Shown here one piece after another: positions 1-9,609 of a stretch of DNA of 64,000 nt; within the stretch, counting starts at the first letter, position 1, and the number at the start of each line of letters is the position of its first letter. The notes beneath the pieces are model-generated. The model saw only the letters and a program-made list of their open reading frames with translations, ran no database searches and was not told the origin of the DNA. Made by a program: the position numbers and the translations under genes. The stretch is from Syntrophales bacterium (GTDB lineage: Bacteria > Desulfobacterota > Syntrophia > Syntrophales > UBA6807), in assembly GCA_040767195.1 (NCBI GenBank), contig JAXGPA010000005.1, forward strand, positions 32,001 through 96,000, read 5' to 3'.

Positions 1-112
1 GGTCAATCCCCGAATCCACCCGTGGATGGGCTTGTGAAACATCTCAAAAGGGGTCTTCTGAAACGCCGTTGCCGGTTTCTGCTTCAAAACCAGGGCTTTC
101 ATTTTCCGTCGA

Positions 113-1297
113 TCAGACGATCCCTTCTTCCTTCAGACCGTTCAGTTCCTCCGGCCTGATGCCGACGGACCCGAGGACCGCTTCCGTGTGTTCGCCGAGG
201 AGCGGGGAGGACTCCCGGACCCCGCCCGGCGTTCCGTACATTTTGATGGGCACGCCCTGGATTTTCAGGGGGCCCATGATGGGGTGACTGATTTCAACGA
301 GCATTTCCCGTGCTTCGATCTGCGGGTGACTGGCAATCTGATCGATGGTGTAGATGGAGGAGACGGGAACGCCCTTTTCACTGAGACAGGCCTCGACCTC
401 CTCCCTCAGCCTCGCCGTGGTCCATTCGCGGATGATGGCCGTCAGCTCGGTTCTGTTGGTACACCGGAGATCGTTGTTGGAAAATTTGCCGTTATTGGGC
501 AGGTCCGCCTGGCCCATGGCCTCGCAGAGCCGGTTGAAGGTGTTGTTGTTCGCAGCGGCGATGACCACGTGCCCGTCCCGGCATGGGTAGAGATCATAGG
601 GGCTCGTGGCCGGGTCGACGTATCCCACCCGGCTCAGGCTGTCTCCCTTGACGGCGTAGATGGGCAGGGCGTTTTCCAGGATGGAAAAGATCGTGTCGAG
701 CATGGCCACGTCCACTCTCTGGCCTTCCCCTGTTTTCTCCCGCTTGTAAAGGGCCATGCAGATGCCCAGGGCGAGGTACGTGCCCGTGTAATTGTCGGCG
801 ATGGCGGGGCCGGCCTTCATGGGGGGGCCGTCGGGAGATCCCGTGATTTCACACAGGCCGCCCATGGCCTGGGCGATGACGTCATAAGCGGCCCGGTCTT
901 TCATGGGCCCGTATTGACCGAAGCCGGAGCTTTCGGCCAGGATGATGCGGGGGTTGATCGCCTTCAGAACATCGAACCCGAAACCCAGGCGGTCCATGGT
1001 TCCCGGTCTGAAGTTGTTCACCACCACGTCCGCCGTTTTGACGAGCTTCTTGAATATTTCTTTTCCCTTGTCTTTCGTGATGTCGAGACTGATGCTCTTC
1101 TTGTTCCGGTTGATGGCCGCGTAGTAGCCGCTTTCACCGTTTTTGATCGGCGGCCATTCCCGGGTCATGTCGCCGATGCCGGGTTTTTCGATTTTCAGGA
1201 CCTCCGCGCCGTGATCGGCCAGCTGCATGGTGCAGAAAGGACCATTGTAGGCATGAGTCAGGTCGATGATCCGGACTCCTTCAAGTGCGCCACCCAT
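113..1297 (-). CDS. CoA-transferase family III (CaiB/BaiF)
   Basis: LEGVRIIDLT...GPFCT...LADHGAEVLKIE, NRNKKS, NFRPG, AYDVIAQA and GPAIAD motifs; start moved to the ATG at 1297, which follows an AAGGAGG RBS. Confidence 0.93.
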   Translation of the reverse strand: MGGALEGVRIIDLTHAYNGPFCTMQLADHGAEVLKIEKPGIGDMTREWPPIKNGESGYYAAINRNKKSISLDITKDKGKEIFKKLVKTADVVVNNFRPGTMDRLGFGFDVLKAINPRIILAESSGFGQYGPMKDRAAYDVIAQAMGGLCEITGSPDGPPMKAGPAIADNYTGTYLALGICMALYKREKTGEGQRVDVAMLDTIFSILENALPIYAVKGDSLSRVGYVDPATSPYDLYPCRDGHVVIAAANNNTFNRLCEAMGQADLPNNGKFSNNDLRCTNRTELTAIIREWTTARLREEVEACLSEKGVPVSSIYTIDQIASHPQIEAREMLVEISHPIMGPLKIQGVPIKMYGTPGGVRESSPLLGEHTEAVLGSVGIRPEELNGLKEEGIV

Positions 1298-1322
1298 AAT
1301 AACCTCCTTCATGGGTTGATCT

Positions 1323-1351
1323 CCCCGGGCATCCTCATGGGATGCCCGGGG
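1323..1351. terminator. 12-bp GC-rich hairpin between the brnQ-like and CoA-transferase genes (terminator or mRNA-stabilising stem)
   Basis: ccccgggcatcc-tcatg-ggatgcccgggg; no U-tract. Confidence 0.4.
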
Positions 1352-1382
1352 GGTGGTTTGTCGTTGATGCTCGGGGCCGGTT

Positions 1383-2717
1383 TCAGGCAGCCGTGCCGAG
1401 AGCCAATACTTTCTTCTTGTCGTAGAGATAATAGCCGACCGCCGCTCCGATGGCCGTCGGAATAAGCCACGCCAGGCCGTATGCGGCGCCGGGCATGAGA
1501 TTGTAAAGGGCCTTGATGCCCGCCGTGTTCACGGAGGCGATGTCCAGGTAGCCGATGAGGCAGTCGAGAACGCCCCAGGCGAAAGCGACGATGGTGGCCC
1601 CGCCGATGGTCCCGTAGTTACGGTTCCCCAGGATGACGTAGCCGAGGACGAGGGCGATGCAGGGGGGATAGACGAGGCTCAGGATGGGGGCGGTCAGCTT
1701 GATGATCGTCGTCAGGCCGAAGGAGCTGATCAGGGCGCTGATGGCGAGCGTGACGATGGCCACGTTCCGGTAGGACCACTTCTTGTTGCTGGCTTCCTCG
1801 AAATAGGCGGCCGTGCCGGCGGCAAGACCGACGGCGCTGGTCAGAGCCGCCAGGAAAAGGGCGATGTTGAACACCGTTCCGCCCACGACACCCCAGAGCT
1901 GAAGGATGATGGTCGCATAGAGCTTCGCATAGGTCACGTCTTGAAAGAGATATCCCGTGGAAGCCCCGACGAGCATTTGCAGAAAATGGCTCACCGCCAG
2001 GACACCGAACCCGATAGCCCCGACCATGAGAAGGCCCTTGCTCAGTTTACGTCCTTCCATCTTGTTGGCCTTCAGGTCAGCGATGATGATGACACCGTAA
2101 ATCAGGGCCGCCGGCAGGTCCATGGTCTGGTACCCGTTAATGAACCCGTAGGCGAAGCCGCCCTCCGGGTACATTTTGGGCATCCATTCGGAGAGGGGGC
2201 TGAGCAGGGACTTGGCCACCACGGCCACAATCGTTACCACGAGAACCGGGACAAGGAATTTCCCGATCTTGGGGAGGACTTCCTCGAGCTTGAAGAGGAA
2301 CCAGTAAGTGATGAGATAGTAGACGACGGCGAAGATCAGGGCGGGGATCATCTGGTCGGAATTCCAGTTCCCAATCTTGCAGATGGCGTCCCAGGAGGCG
2401 GCGCTCATCCGGGGAATCACGAAAAGGGGCCCGAGGACGGCCACCGTGAGGCCGCCGAAGATAAAGGCGAACTTTTCATTGATGCGGCTGGCCAGCGTGT
2501 AGAAGGAGCCTTCGCCGCGGACGATGGCCAGGTATCCGAGGAAGGGGAAAATGATGGCCGTGATCATGATTCCCAGGGCCGCCGGCAGGACCGAGCTTCC
2601 GCTCTGCTGTCCCCAGGTCACCGGCCAGAGCATGCAGGACGCTCCGAAGTGCATGGAAAATACGGCCACACCGAACATGATGATCATCCATAATTTTGCT
2701 CCGTTATTGTTTTGCAT
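1383..2717 (-). CDS. BrnQ/LIVCS-family cation symporter (branched-chain amino acid transporter-like)
   Basis: About 12 hydrophobic segments; FSMHFGA, GPLFVIPR, GKFLVP, GYQTMD and AALTSAVGL motifs of BrnQ. Confidence 0.85.
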   Translation of the reverse strand: MQNNNGAKLWMIIMFGVAVFSMHFGASCMLWPVTWGQQSGSSVLPAALGIMITAIIFPFLGYLAIVRGEGSFYTLASRINEKFAFIFGGLTVAVLGPLFVIPRMSAASWDAICKIGNWNSDQMIPALIFAVVYYLITYWFLFKLEEVLPKIGKFLVPVLVVTIVAVVAKSLLSPLSEWMPKMYPEGGFAYGFINGYQTMDLPAALIYGVIIIADLKANKMEGRKLSKGLLMVGAIGFGVLAVSHFLQMLVGASTGYLFQDVTYAKLYATIILQLWGVVGGTVFNIALFLAALTSAVGLAAGTAAYFEEASNKKWSYRNVAIVTLAISALISSFGLTTIIKLTAPILSLVYPPCIALVLGYVILGNRNYGTIGGATIVAFAWGVLDCLIGYLDIASVNTAGIKALYNLMPGAAYGLAWLIPTAIGAAVGYYLYDKKKVLALGTAA

Positions 2718-2861
2718 AAAACCAAGGTCTCCTTTCACCGAAGCGGGATTCTTATTTAAATTGAACGATAAATCAAGAGGTGATACCTTCCTGTAATCGT
2801 TGTGTTTTCAGTTTTGCCGTCTTATAGCCCGCCAGTGAAGTTCTCGATGAAATCGCGAAAA

Positions 2862-2877
2862 TACCGAACGGTCGGTA
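2862..2877. promoter_or_regulatory. Putative TetR operator 1 (TACCGAACGGTCGGTA)
   Basis: Imperfect palindrome ACCGA-N4-TCGGT upstream of the brnQ-like gene; related copies at 3834 and 4469. Confidence 0.7.
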
Positions 2878-2909
2878 GACGACATGGTCAAAAAAAACCG
2901 CTCCATGAA

Positions 2910-3716
2910 TCAGTCTTTCTTCATTCCGTGCTCTTTCATCCTCCTTTCGAGAAACGTCTTTTCGTTTCCGCCGCCGCCGACGGCCATGAGATGGGCCGCC
3001 TCGATCTCCAGAATCTGCTCGAAGCTGCAGTGCAGGCCCTGATCGATGGCTGATCGGGTCAACCGCAGGGAAAGGGGCGATCGCTTACCGATGGTCTCGC
3101 AGATGGCCAGGGTTTTCTCCTCCAGTTCAGCGGCGGGAAAGACGTAGTTGACCATCCCGATCCGGAGTGCTTCAGAGGCATCGATGAACTCGCCTGTGAA
3201 GGCCAGTTCCTTGGCCTTGCCCAGGCCGACGATCTGCGACAGGAGCTTCGTTCCGGCCTGGGTGATGGTCAGGCCGATCCCCGTTTCAGGAAACCCGAAC
3301 TTGGCCGTTTCATCGGCGACCCGGAAGTCGCAGCTCAGGGCGAACTCGCATCCACCGCCGACGGCATAGCCCCGAACCATCCCAATGAGCGGTTTGTTCA
3401 GTCTCAAGGTGAGCCTCTGGACGTCCTGGAGCTTGTCCGCTTCCTTGATCCATTTCTCGAAGCTCTTCCCGGAGGATGTTTCTTTCAGGTCTTCGCCGGC
3501 ACAGAAAGATCTTCCCGCGCCGGTCATGATGACCGTGACGGCTTCATCGTCCTCCATGGCCTTGATCAGGGCGGCCATGAAGTCGTCGAGAAACCCCTCG
3601 TTGATGGCGTTCAGCCGGTGGGGCCTGTTGAAAGTGATGAAACCAACATTCCCCTTTCGGCTGTAGAGCACGGATTTTTCCTTTTTTGGCTGTAAAGCAC
3701 TGACTGTCCCTTCCAT
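2910..3716 (-). CDS. Enoyl-CoA hydratase/isomerase (crotonase family)
   Basis: NRPHRLNAI, FCAGEDL, GYAVGGGCE, FGFPETGIG; GGAGGT RBS before the ATG at 3716. Confidence 0.93.
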   Translation of the reverse strand: MEGTVSALQPKKEKSVLYSRKGNVGFITFNRPHRLNAINEGFLDDFMAALIKAMEDDEAVTVIMTGAGRSFCAGEDLKETSSGKSFEKWIKEADKLQDVQRLTLRLNKPLIGMVRGYAVGGGCEFALSCDFRVADETAKFGFPETGIGLTITQAGTKLLSQIVGLGKAKELAFTGEFIDASEALRIGMVNYVFPAAELEEKTLAICETIGKRSPLSLRLTRSAIDQGLHCSFEQILEIEAAHLMAVGGGGNEKTFLERRMKEHGMKKD

Positions 3717-3833
3717 TGCAATAACCTCCAGTTGCATATTCTAAGGCTGCCCGAAAAGGGGAAGCCCTGGTTGGGCTCGAAACACTTGAAGGACCTGCCG
3801 CGGGCCGTTTTTTTGGCGAATCCACCCCTATAT

Positions 3834-3849
3834 TAACGACCGGTCGTTA
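3834..3849. promoter_or_regulatory. Putative TetR operator 2 (perfect palindrome TAACGACCGGTCGTTA)
   Basis: Perfect 16-bp palindrome in the AT-rich region upstream of the hydratase. Confidence 0.75.
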
Positions 3850-3866
3850 GTTAAATAGGCAAAAAT

Positions 3867-4451
3867 TTATTTGTTAACCTTCAATCCGTCAAAAATAAAC
3901 TTTGTGTAGATGTCGATGACCTCCTCTTTCGAGAGGTGCCCCAGGGGGTTGAACCATGTGGACGTCTGGGTGCACAGGGTGATGATGGCATTGGCCACGA
4001 CCCGGGGGTCCTTGTTGATGAATATCCCTTCGTTAACCCCCTGCTCGATGATGTCTCTCACCTTCCTGTCGTATTCATCGCGAAGCCTGATGTACGATCT
4101 CAAGTTGTCCGCCGTAAGGCCCCGCATCTCCGAGTCCGAGATGATGACTTCTTTCTGGCGGTCCATGTGGAAGGCCAGGTGGTTCCGGATGAGCGCCTTG
4201 AGGCGCATCTCGGTGCCCTCGACGCCTTCCAGGCTCTCCGCGAGGCTCTCGTTCAGATCCTCCATGGTGTCCTTGACGATACCGTAGAGGAGTTCTTCCT
4301 TGTTCAGGTAGTGATAGTAGATGCTCGATTTCTGGATGCCGACCCTTTCCGCGATGTTGCTGATGCTGCAGGCGTGGTATCCCTTCTGGTAGATGAGCTG
4401 GATGGCGATGTCCTTGATTTTGTTTTTCATGTCGCTGGGGAGTTCCGCCAT
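3867..4451 (-). CDS. TetR/AcrR-family transcriptional regulator (KstR2/PaaR-like C-terminus)
   Basis: N-terminal HTH GYHACSISNIAERVGIQKSSIYYHYLNKEELL; C-terminal WFNPLG; start set at MAELP. Confidence 0.9.
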   Translation of the reverse strand: MAELPSDMKNKIKDIAIQLIYQKGYHACSISNIAERVGIQKSSIYYHYLNKEELLYGIVKDTMEDLNESLAESLEGVEGTEMRLKALIRNHLAFHMDRQKEVIISDSEMRGLTADNLRSYIRLRDEYDRKVRDIIEQGVNEGIFINKDPRVVANAIITLCTQTSTWFNPLGHLSKEEVIDIYTKFIFDGLKVNK

Positions 4452-4468
4452 AACAATGTTCCTTCGTA

Positions 4469-4519
4469 GAACGGTCGGTCGGTAAGTTGACAAATACGCC
4501 TCACCGTCCATCTTGTCAA
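4469..4519 (-). promoter_or_regulatory. Sigma70-type promoter of tetR (TTGACA-N17-TATTTG) with downstream operator 3 (GAACGGTCGGTCGGTA, 4469-4484)
   Basis: Read directly from the minus strand; operator half-site identical to that of operator 1. Confidence 0.6.
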
Positions 4520-4841
4520 GTTTTTTTTGGGGGGGGTGACGAATCGATTGTTTTTTATCCTGCGGCCGCAGCCAATTTCGCTTTTGTTTCCCGCTGCTGT
4601 CACCCATGCCGGGAACCCCTGTCGTCTGCCGGAAACGGCTGTTCCATGGGACTGCGATGCAGGGGTGTTTCATCCCGTTGCCTCATGAATACATGATGCC
4701 GAGTTCCTTGAACCACCGCCTTCGGTAAAATTTAATGTGAGGCCATTCGCCGTCTCCCCCGGTTGATTCTTTCCGGGGATTCATGTCATCATAAAAAGAT
4801 CTGATGCGTTAAGATCCTTTGGATCGGAAACGAGGACCGGG

Positions 4842-5774
4842 ATGAGTTTTTCTGTCACGTCAATCAGCCGGCGCCTCGTGGTGACCATGGCGATGAATCT
4901 CGTCATCCCCGCCGTGCAGATCGTCGCCGGTGTTGTCGCGGGAAGCGTCGCCCTTATCAGTGACGCCCTTCACAACCTGGGCGATTTCACCGCGACGCTG
5001 ATCGGTTACATTGCCCACCGGGTGGGTGAAAAGCCGTCAACGCCGAAACTGACCTTCGGGTACCGGCGGGTCGAGGTTCTCGCAGCGATCCTCAACACGG
5101 TCCTTCTTTATGGTGCGTGCCTCTACATCGCCCTCGAGGCGTGGGATCGCTTTCAGGACCCGCGGCCCGTTCGGGGAACCATCGTGGCGGCCGCCGCGTT
5201 CCTCGGCTTCGCGGCGAACATGGTTTCCGTCGCGATTCTTCATCCCGGGGCCCGTTCCAGTCTCAACATCCGGGGCGTCTTCCTGCACATGATGGCCGAT
5301 GCCATGACGTCGCTGGCCGTGGCCGCCCTCGGTGTCCTCTGGATCTTCAAGCCCTGGTACCGGCTTGACCCGGTGGTTTCGTGGGTCATCGTCATCGTCA
5401 TCCTCTACAGTGGTTGGGGAATCCTGAAAGAGGCGGTTCAGGTGCTCATGAACGCGGTTCCTCCCGGTCTCGACATCGGGGAGATTCGGGAAACGATTCT
5501 CCGTTCCGGGCCGGTCGATGATGTCCACCACATTCATGTGTGGCCTATTTCCGAAGATGAGATCGCCCTGGCCGCCCATGTCGTGGTTTCCGACCGGATG
5601 CTCAGCGACGTGGACCGGCTGGCGGAAAATATCCGGGAAATCCTCTTTCGTCGCCACGGGATCGTCCACCCCACGCTTCAGTTCGAAACAAGACGATTCG
5701 AACCGGCGCAGTGGCTTTCCGGCGGCGCGGCTCGAGGCGGTGAAGACCCTGGAGATGGAGGGCATGAGGGGTGA
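4842..5774 (+). CDS. czcD: Cation diffusion facilitator, CzcD/ZitB-like Zn/Co/Cd efflux
   Basis: SDALHNLGD, TFGYRRVE, FLHMMAD, HHIHVW and HPTLQFE motifs. Confidence 0.88.
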   Translation: MSFSVTSISRRLVVTMAMNLVIPAVQIVAGVVAGSVALISDALHNLGDFTATLIGYIAHRVGEKPSTPKLTFGYRRVEVLAAILNTVLLYGACLYIALEAWDRFQDPRPVRGTIVAAAAFLGFAANMVSVAILHPGARSSLNIRGVFLHMMADAMTSLAVAALGVLWIFKPWYRLDPVVSWVIVIVILYSGWGILKEAVQVLMNAVPPGLDIGEIRETILRSGPVDDVHHIHVWPISEDEIALAAHVVVSDRMLSDVDRLAENIREILFRRHGIVHPTLQFETRRFEPAQWLSGGAARGGEDPGDGGHEG

Positions 5775-5871
5775 CACAATGAGAAAATTAGCCGGGATAG
5801 CCGGGGAGGCTTGAAGAGATGACCCGTTCCGCCGGGTTGATCCGGTCTTCTATATCGGCCGGCGGAATGAA

Positions 5872-5896
5872 GATCCCGGCCCGGGCGGCCGGGATC
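5872..5896. terminator. Hairpin between convergent czcD and CBS genes
   Basis: gatcccggcc-cgggc-ggccgggatc. Confidence 0.45.
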
Positions 5897-5909
5897 CCCG
5901 GGATGGTCA

Positions 5910-6344
5910 TCAGTATTTTCCTGAAATGTAGTTGCTCAATTGCTCGATGAGCATCTCCTGCTTGGATATGATGGATTTGACGACGTCACCGATGGAGACG
6001 ATGCCGACGAATTTCCCCTTGTCGAAGACGGGGAGGTGCCGCACGTGCTTGCCCGTCATGAGAATCATGCACTCCTCCACGGAGTTCTCCGGCTTCACGT
6101 TGATGAGGGTCGAGGACATGACTTCCTTGACCATCGTCTCTTTCGATGATTTTCCCTTGAGAATGATCTTACGGGCGTAATCCCGCTCTGAAATGATGCC
6201 GACGACCTTTTCTCCTTTCATGACGATGAGCGCCCCGATTTCTCTGTCGCTCATCTCCTTGAGGGCATCGTACACCGTCGCGTCCGGTGAAATGGAATGA
6301 ACTTCCTTGCTCTTGCCGTTCAGGATGTCTCTGACGTAGGTCAT
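5910..6344 (-). CDS. Stand-alone tandem CBS-domain protein
   Basis: GIISERDY and VRHLPV...GIVSIGDVVK; AAAGGAGG RBS. Confidence 0.93.
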   Translation of the reverse strand: MTYVRDILNGKSKEVHSISPDATVYDALKEMSDREIGALIVMKGEKVVGIISERDYARKIILKGKSSKETMVKEVMSSTLINVKPENSVEECMILMTGKHVRHLPVFDKGKFVGIVSIGDVVKSIISKQEMLIEQLSNYISGKY

Positions 6345-6902
6345 GATGATCCTCCTTTCCTGCCCCGTTTTATTATTTCAGTTTAGGATATTTTTTCAGG
6401 CTTGTAAATTTAAAAGAGAAGGGCGGAACGGGACGGGGAGGGGGCTCCGGACAAGACCGGCGGCGAAGGGTCACCTGCGGGTTACAGTGTCCATACCCAT
6501 CGGGATCAGCGCTTTTTGTTTTTCAATGAATTCTCGATGCCGAGAAGGTTGAGTAAATAGATCATTTGAGAGCCGATCAGGGGAAAATCCGTTTCCAGCG
6601 GCATTTCACCGGAAGTCGGGTCCGTCCATGGGAGATCCCCTTGTTGCCCTTTCCGCTGTCCCTTCCCCGTTTCGGGACAACCGGGAGCCGGTTCGGTTTC
6701 GATTTCGTTTTCTCTCATCCATTCCACAAAAAGAAACAAGACCTGTCTCCTTCCGGTGCGTTCAACTTCGTTTGCAGCGGCTTACCCATCCCGTTCATGG
6801 ATGCCGAATGAACGGGGGAAGAAAGGGATGACGGACAGCCAGGCGCTGGCGTTTACGGCACAGCTTCAACACGGGTTCCGCCCTCCGCCGCCGGGCAACC
6901 GG

Positions 6903-7562
6903 TCAGGTTTCACCGGGATGAGACCCCCGCACGACAAGATGAACGAGATCGCAGATGTCGGTCAGGGCGGAATCGGCAAGCCTGCCCGGTTCTTCGTCGA
7001 TCCCGCTGACAGCCGCTTTTTCGATCATTGCGTGGATACTGTCCCTTCTTTCCGCGAAGAAAGCATCCACGGCGGCGCTTTCGATGAGAATCCCCCGCCG
7101 GAGAATCGAAAAGAAGCGGCTGACGGAGCCCGTGTCGAGGATCCTGACATACACGAGGCCGGGGGGCTCGTTTTCACGCTCCCTTTTGGTTTCTTCCCGA
7201 AACGGCCCGTCATCCGCCGGGATTTCATTCACGGTGATGTCGCCCATGGAGGCCGCCTCCCCCAGGTCTTGAATGCCGAGCCTTTCCCGGAGAAAGTGAA
7301 AGACGCTTTTCCCCGGGTCCACTTGGCAGAGAAATCCCTCCCGGAGGAGAGGCAGGAAATCTCTCGCACTTTCCGGTTTTGCCGTGATCAAAAGAGAGGA
7401 GACCCGAAGGGCCGTGGCTTTTCCTTCATCCCTGGCCGCGCCGGGCGGCCCCGTCTTTCTTTCAAAGGGGCGAGACAGACGGGGTTCTTCCCGTTTTCTC
7501 GCTGGGCTTTTCCATTCGCCCCCGGGCAACGGGGAAGCGTCCGCAAACCTGTTCTCAACCAT
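6903..7562 (-). CDS. Hypothetical protein translationally coupled to AOR
   Basis: ATG at 7562 overlaps the AOR stop; C-terminal two-thirds look globular; start uncertain. Confidence 0.55.
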   Translation of the reverse strand: MVENRFADASPLPGGEWKSPARKREEPRLSRPFERKTGPPGAARDEGKATALRVSSLLITAKPESARDFLPLLREGFLCQVDPGKSVFHFLRERLGIQDLGEAASMGDITVNEIPADDGPFREETKRERENEPPGLVYVRILDTGSVSRFFSILRRGILIESAAVDAFFAERRDSIHAMIEKAAVSGIDEEPGRLADSALTDICDLVHLVVRGSHPGET

Positions 7563-9291
7563 TGTGCACCTTGTCAAGATCTTCGTCACCGACCATGAAT
7601 GTCGTTCCGTGGGGCTCCAGGGGCTGTGTGTGAAAAAAGCGGGGAAGCCGGTCGTGCTCCCCGTTGAACCCGGCCCGGCGGTTGAAATCCCGCTCGATCT
7701 CGAGGATCCTTTTGCCCAGGTTCGCCACATCCTCCCCGGTCATGGAAAGCCCGTAAAAGGCGTTGATCATGTCGATGAGGGCCTGGAACGTTTCCGGCTG
7801 GTCCAGGACGGCGAAAGCGATGAAAAGACACATCCCCGTGGAATCGACGGCCGCCGTGGCGACCTGGAGGTTACGGGAGAGCGCGATCTGTCCCTCCGTT
7901 TTCAAGGGATCGACGAAGCCGCCGACCTTGAGGATGTTCGTGGCGATGGCATAGCCCGCCGTGTGGTCCGCCCCCATGGTGCTCGTGGCATAGGTGACGC
8001 CGATACCCTGGATGGCCCGGGGATCATAGGCCGGCAGGGCCTGCCCCTTGACTGCCGGCACCCTGTCGAGGCCGAAACACCGGGCCGTGACTTCCGCTCC
8101 GTTTCCCAGGATGCGCCCCAGGGGCGTTCCCTTTCCCACCTGGTGGATCAGATCGATGGCGCCCGCCCCGTCTCCGAAAGGGATGATCCCGGCTTCCATG
8201 GCCAGGGCGATGGAAACACCCGTCTCGATCGTGTCGAGGCCGTAGTTGTCGTCGAGAAAATCGAGCATGGCGATGGTGTCCAGGTCGTCGATGCCGCAAT
8301 TCGCCCCGTGGGCCCAGACCGTTTCATATTCGGGCTGCTTGGTCACGTAGCGGCCGTTTTTGTCGACGTAGATCCCGGAACAACGGATGGTGCAGCCGCG
8401 ATGGCATCCGTGGGTGGCCGAGCCTCCCCGGCGCGTCTCCAGGTCCGCCTGGTATTCGCCGCTGATTTTGGAGACCTCTTCGAAACGGCCCTGCCGGAAA
8501 TTGCGCGTCGGGTAGGCGCCCGCTTCGTTGATGACGTTGGCCAGTACGTTGGTCCCGTAAGCCGGGAGAGCCTCACCGGTGACGGGATGGCTTCGAAGGC
8601 CTTCCACGAAGGTCTTGTTCGCCCTTCGAAATTCCGCGGGATTCGCCGGTTCCCGTGTTGCCGTTTTCCCTTCGTCGAGGATGATGACCTTGACCCGCTT
8701 CGAGCCCATGACGGCCCCGACACCGCCTCTCCCGGCGTGCCGGGTCGGCCGGAGCTCCATGTCCGTGCAGGCGATGGAGGCGGCACCCATTCGCATTTCG
8801 CCGGCGGGGCCGATGGACAGGCAGCAGATCCCGTCTCCATAGCGCGCCTTCATTTTTTCGATGAGGTCATAGTTCGGAAGGCCCTTGAGGGCGTTGTCCA
8901 TCTCGATCCGGGCTCCGTCCCTGTCGATGACGATCTTGTACAGATCGTCACCGGCGGGCACCCCCTCGAGAACGACGGCGCCGTATCCCAGCCTCGCCAG
9001 GACCTGGGCCGGCTGGCCCCCGGCGTTCGATTCCTTGATGGTTCCCGTCAGGGGGCTCTTGCACCCGATGGAGAGCCGCCCCGACATGGCGGCGGAGGTG
9101 CCGCTCAGAAGACCCGGCGCGATGACCAGCTTGTTTTCCGGCCCCAGGGGGTGGCAGAGCGGCGGCACCTCCCGGGCGATGAGGGCCGATGTGAGGCCCC
9201 GGCCGCCCAGGCCGGCGTAATCGTCCATTCCGTTCCGGGACACGGCGGGTCCTCCCGGGGACCCCATGTTGATTCTGAGAAGACAATCCAT
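7555..9291 (-). CDS. aor: Aldehyde:ferredoxin oxidoreductase (tungstopterin AOR family)
   Basis: GLGGRGL, KSPLTG, ESNAGG, GRGGVGAVMGSK, CxxGCxxxC (CHRGCTIRC), EYET, DxxGLD, DSTGMC. Confidence 0.95.
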   Translation of the reverse strand: MDCLLRINMGSPGGPAVSRNGMDDYAGLGGRGLTSALIAREVPPLCHPLGPENKLVIAPGLLSGTSAAMSGRLSIGCKSPLTGTIKESNAGGQPAQVLARLGYGAVVLEGVPAGDDLYKIVIDRDGARIEMDNALKGLPNYDLIEKMKARYGDGICCLSIGPAGEMRMGAASIACTDMELRPTRHAGRGGVGAVMGSKRVKVIILDEGKTATREPANPAEFRRANKTFVEGLRSHPVTGEALPAYGTNVLANVINEAGAYPTRNFRQGRFEEVSKISGEYQADLETRRGGSATHGCHRGCTIRCSGIYVDKNGRYVTKQPEYETVWAHGANCGIDDLDTIAMLDFLDDNYGLDTIETGVSIALAMEAGIIPFGDGAGAIDLIHQVGKGTPLGRILGNGAEVTARCFGLDRVPAVKGQALPAYDPRAIQGIGVTYATSTMGADHTAGYAIATNILKVGGFVDPLKTEGQIALSRNLQVATAAVDSTGMCLFIAFAVLDQPETFQALIDMINAFYGLSMTGEDVANLGKRILEIERDFNRRAGFNGEHDRLPRFFHTQPLEPHGTTFMVGDEDLDKVHNG

Positions 9292-9476
9292 TTTTATGAC
9301 CTCCTGTCAGCTTGATTTGAAATGATAGGCTTTTTGGGAGCGTTGCCACGGGCGGCTTCCCGGGGGGCTGCTACAAAACACCTCTCGTAAAGCATAGGCC
9401 GGTTGATCATGGCTGCCTTTTCCTTTCCTGAACAGGAATGGCTGGGGACCGGAAAACGATCCTGCAGGACGGAGCA

Positions 9477-9593
9477 AGCAAAATGCGTGCTATTTTATAT
9501 ATTACTGTAATTATTAATTATTATGTTTAAGGAGGGAACAAAGACCCCGCCTGTTGGCGGGAAAATGGTTGGCACGAGTTGGCAGGTGTTGGC
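9477..9593 (-). promoter_or_regulatory. Candidate aor control region: sigma54-like -24/-12 element, AT-rich tract and phased GTTGGC repeats
   Basis: Minus strand TAGCAC-N5-TTGCT (9477-9492; one mismatch in the GG); AT-rich 9493-9530; GTTGGC at 9553, 9568, 9578 and 9588. Confidence 0.35.
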
Positions 9594-9609
9594 AGCCGGG
9601 TGTGGCCCT

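Noticed and set aside
6506..6739. 77-aa ORF between the CBS gene and the AOR-linked gene
   Set aside because: No motif or convincing RBS; cannot be supported, though a small gene is not excluded
9570..9584. Plus-strand TGGCACGAGTTGGCA as a sigma54 promoter
   Set aside because: GG-GC spacing is one base short and no credible plus-strand gene follows
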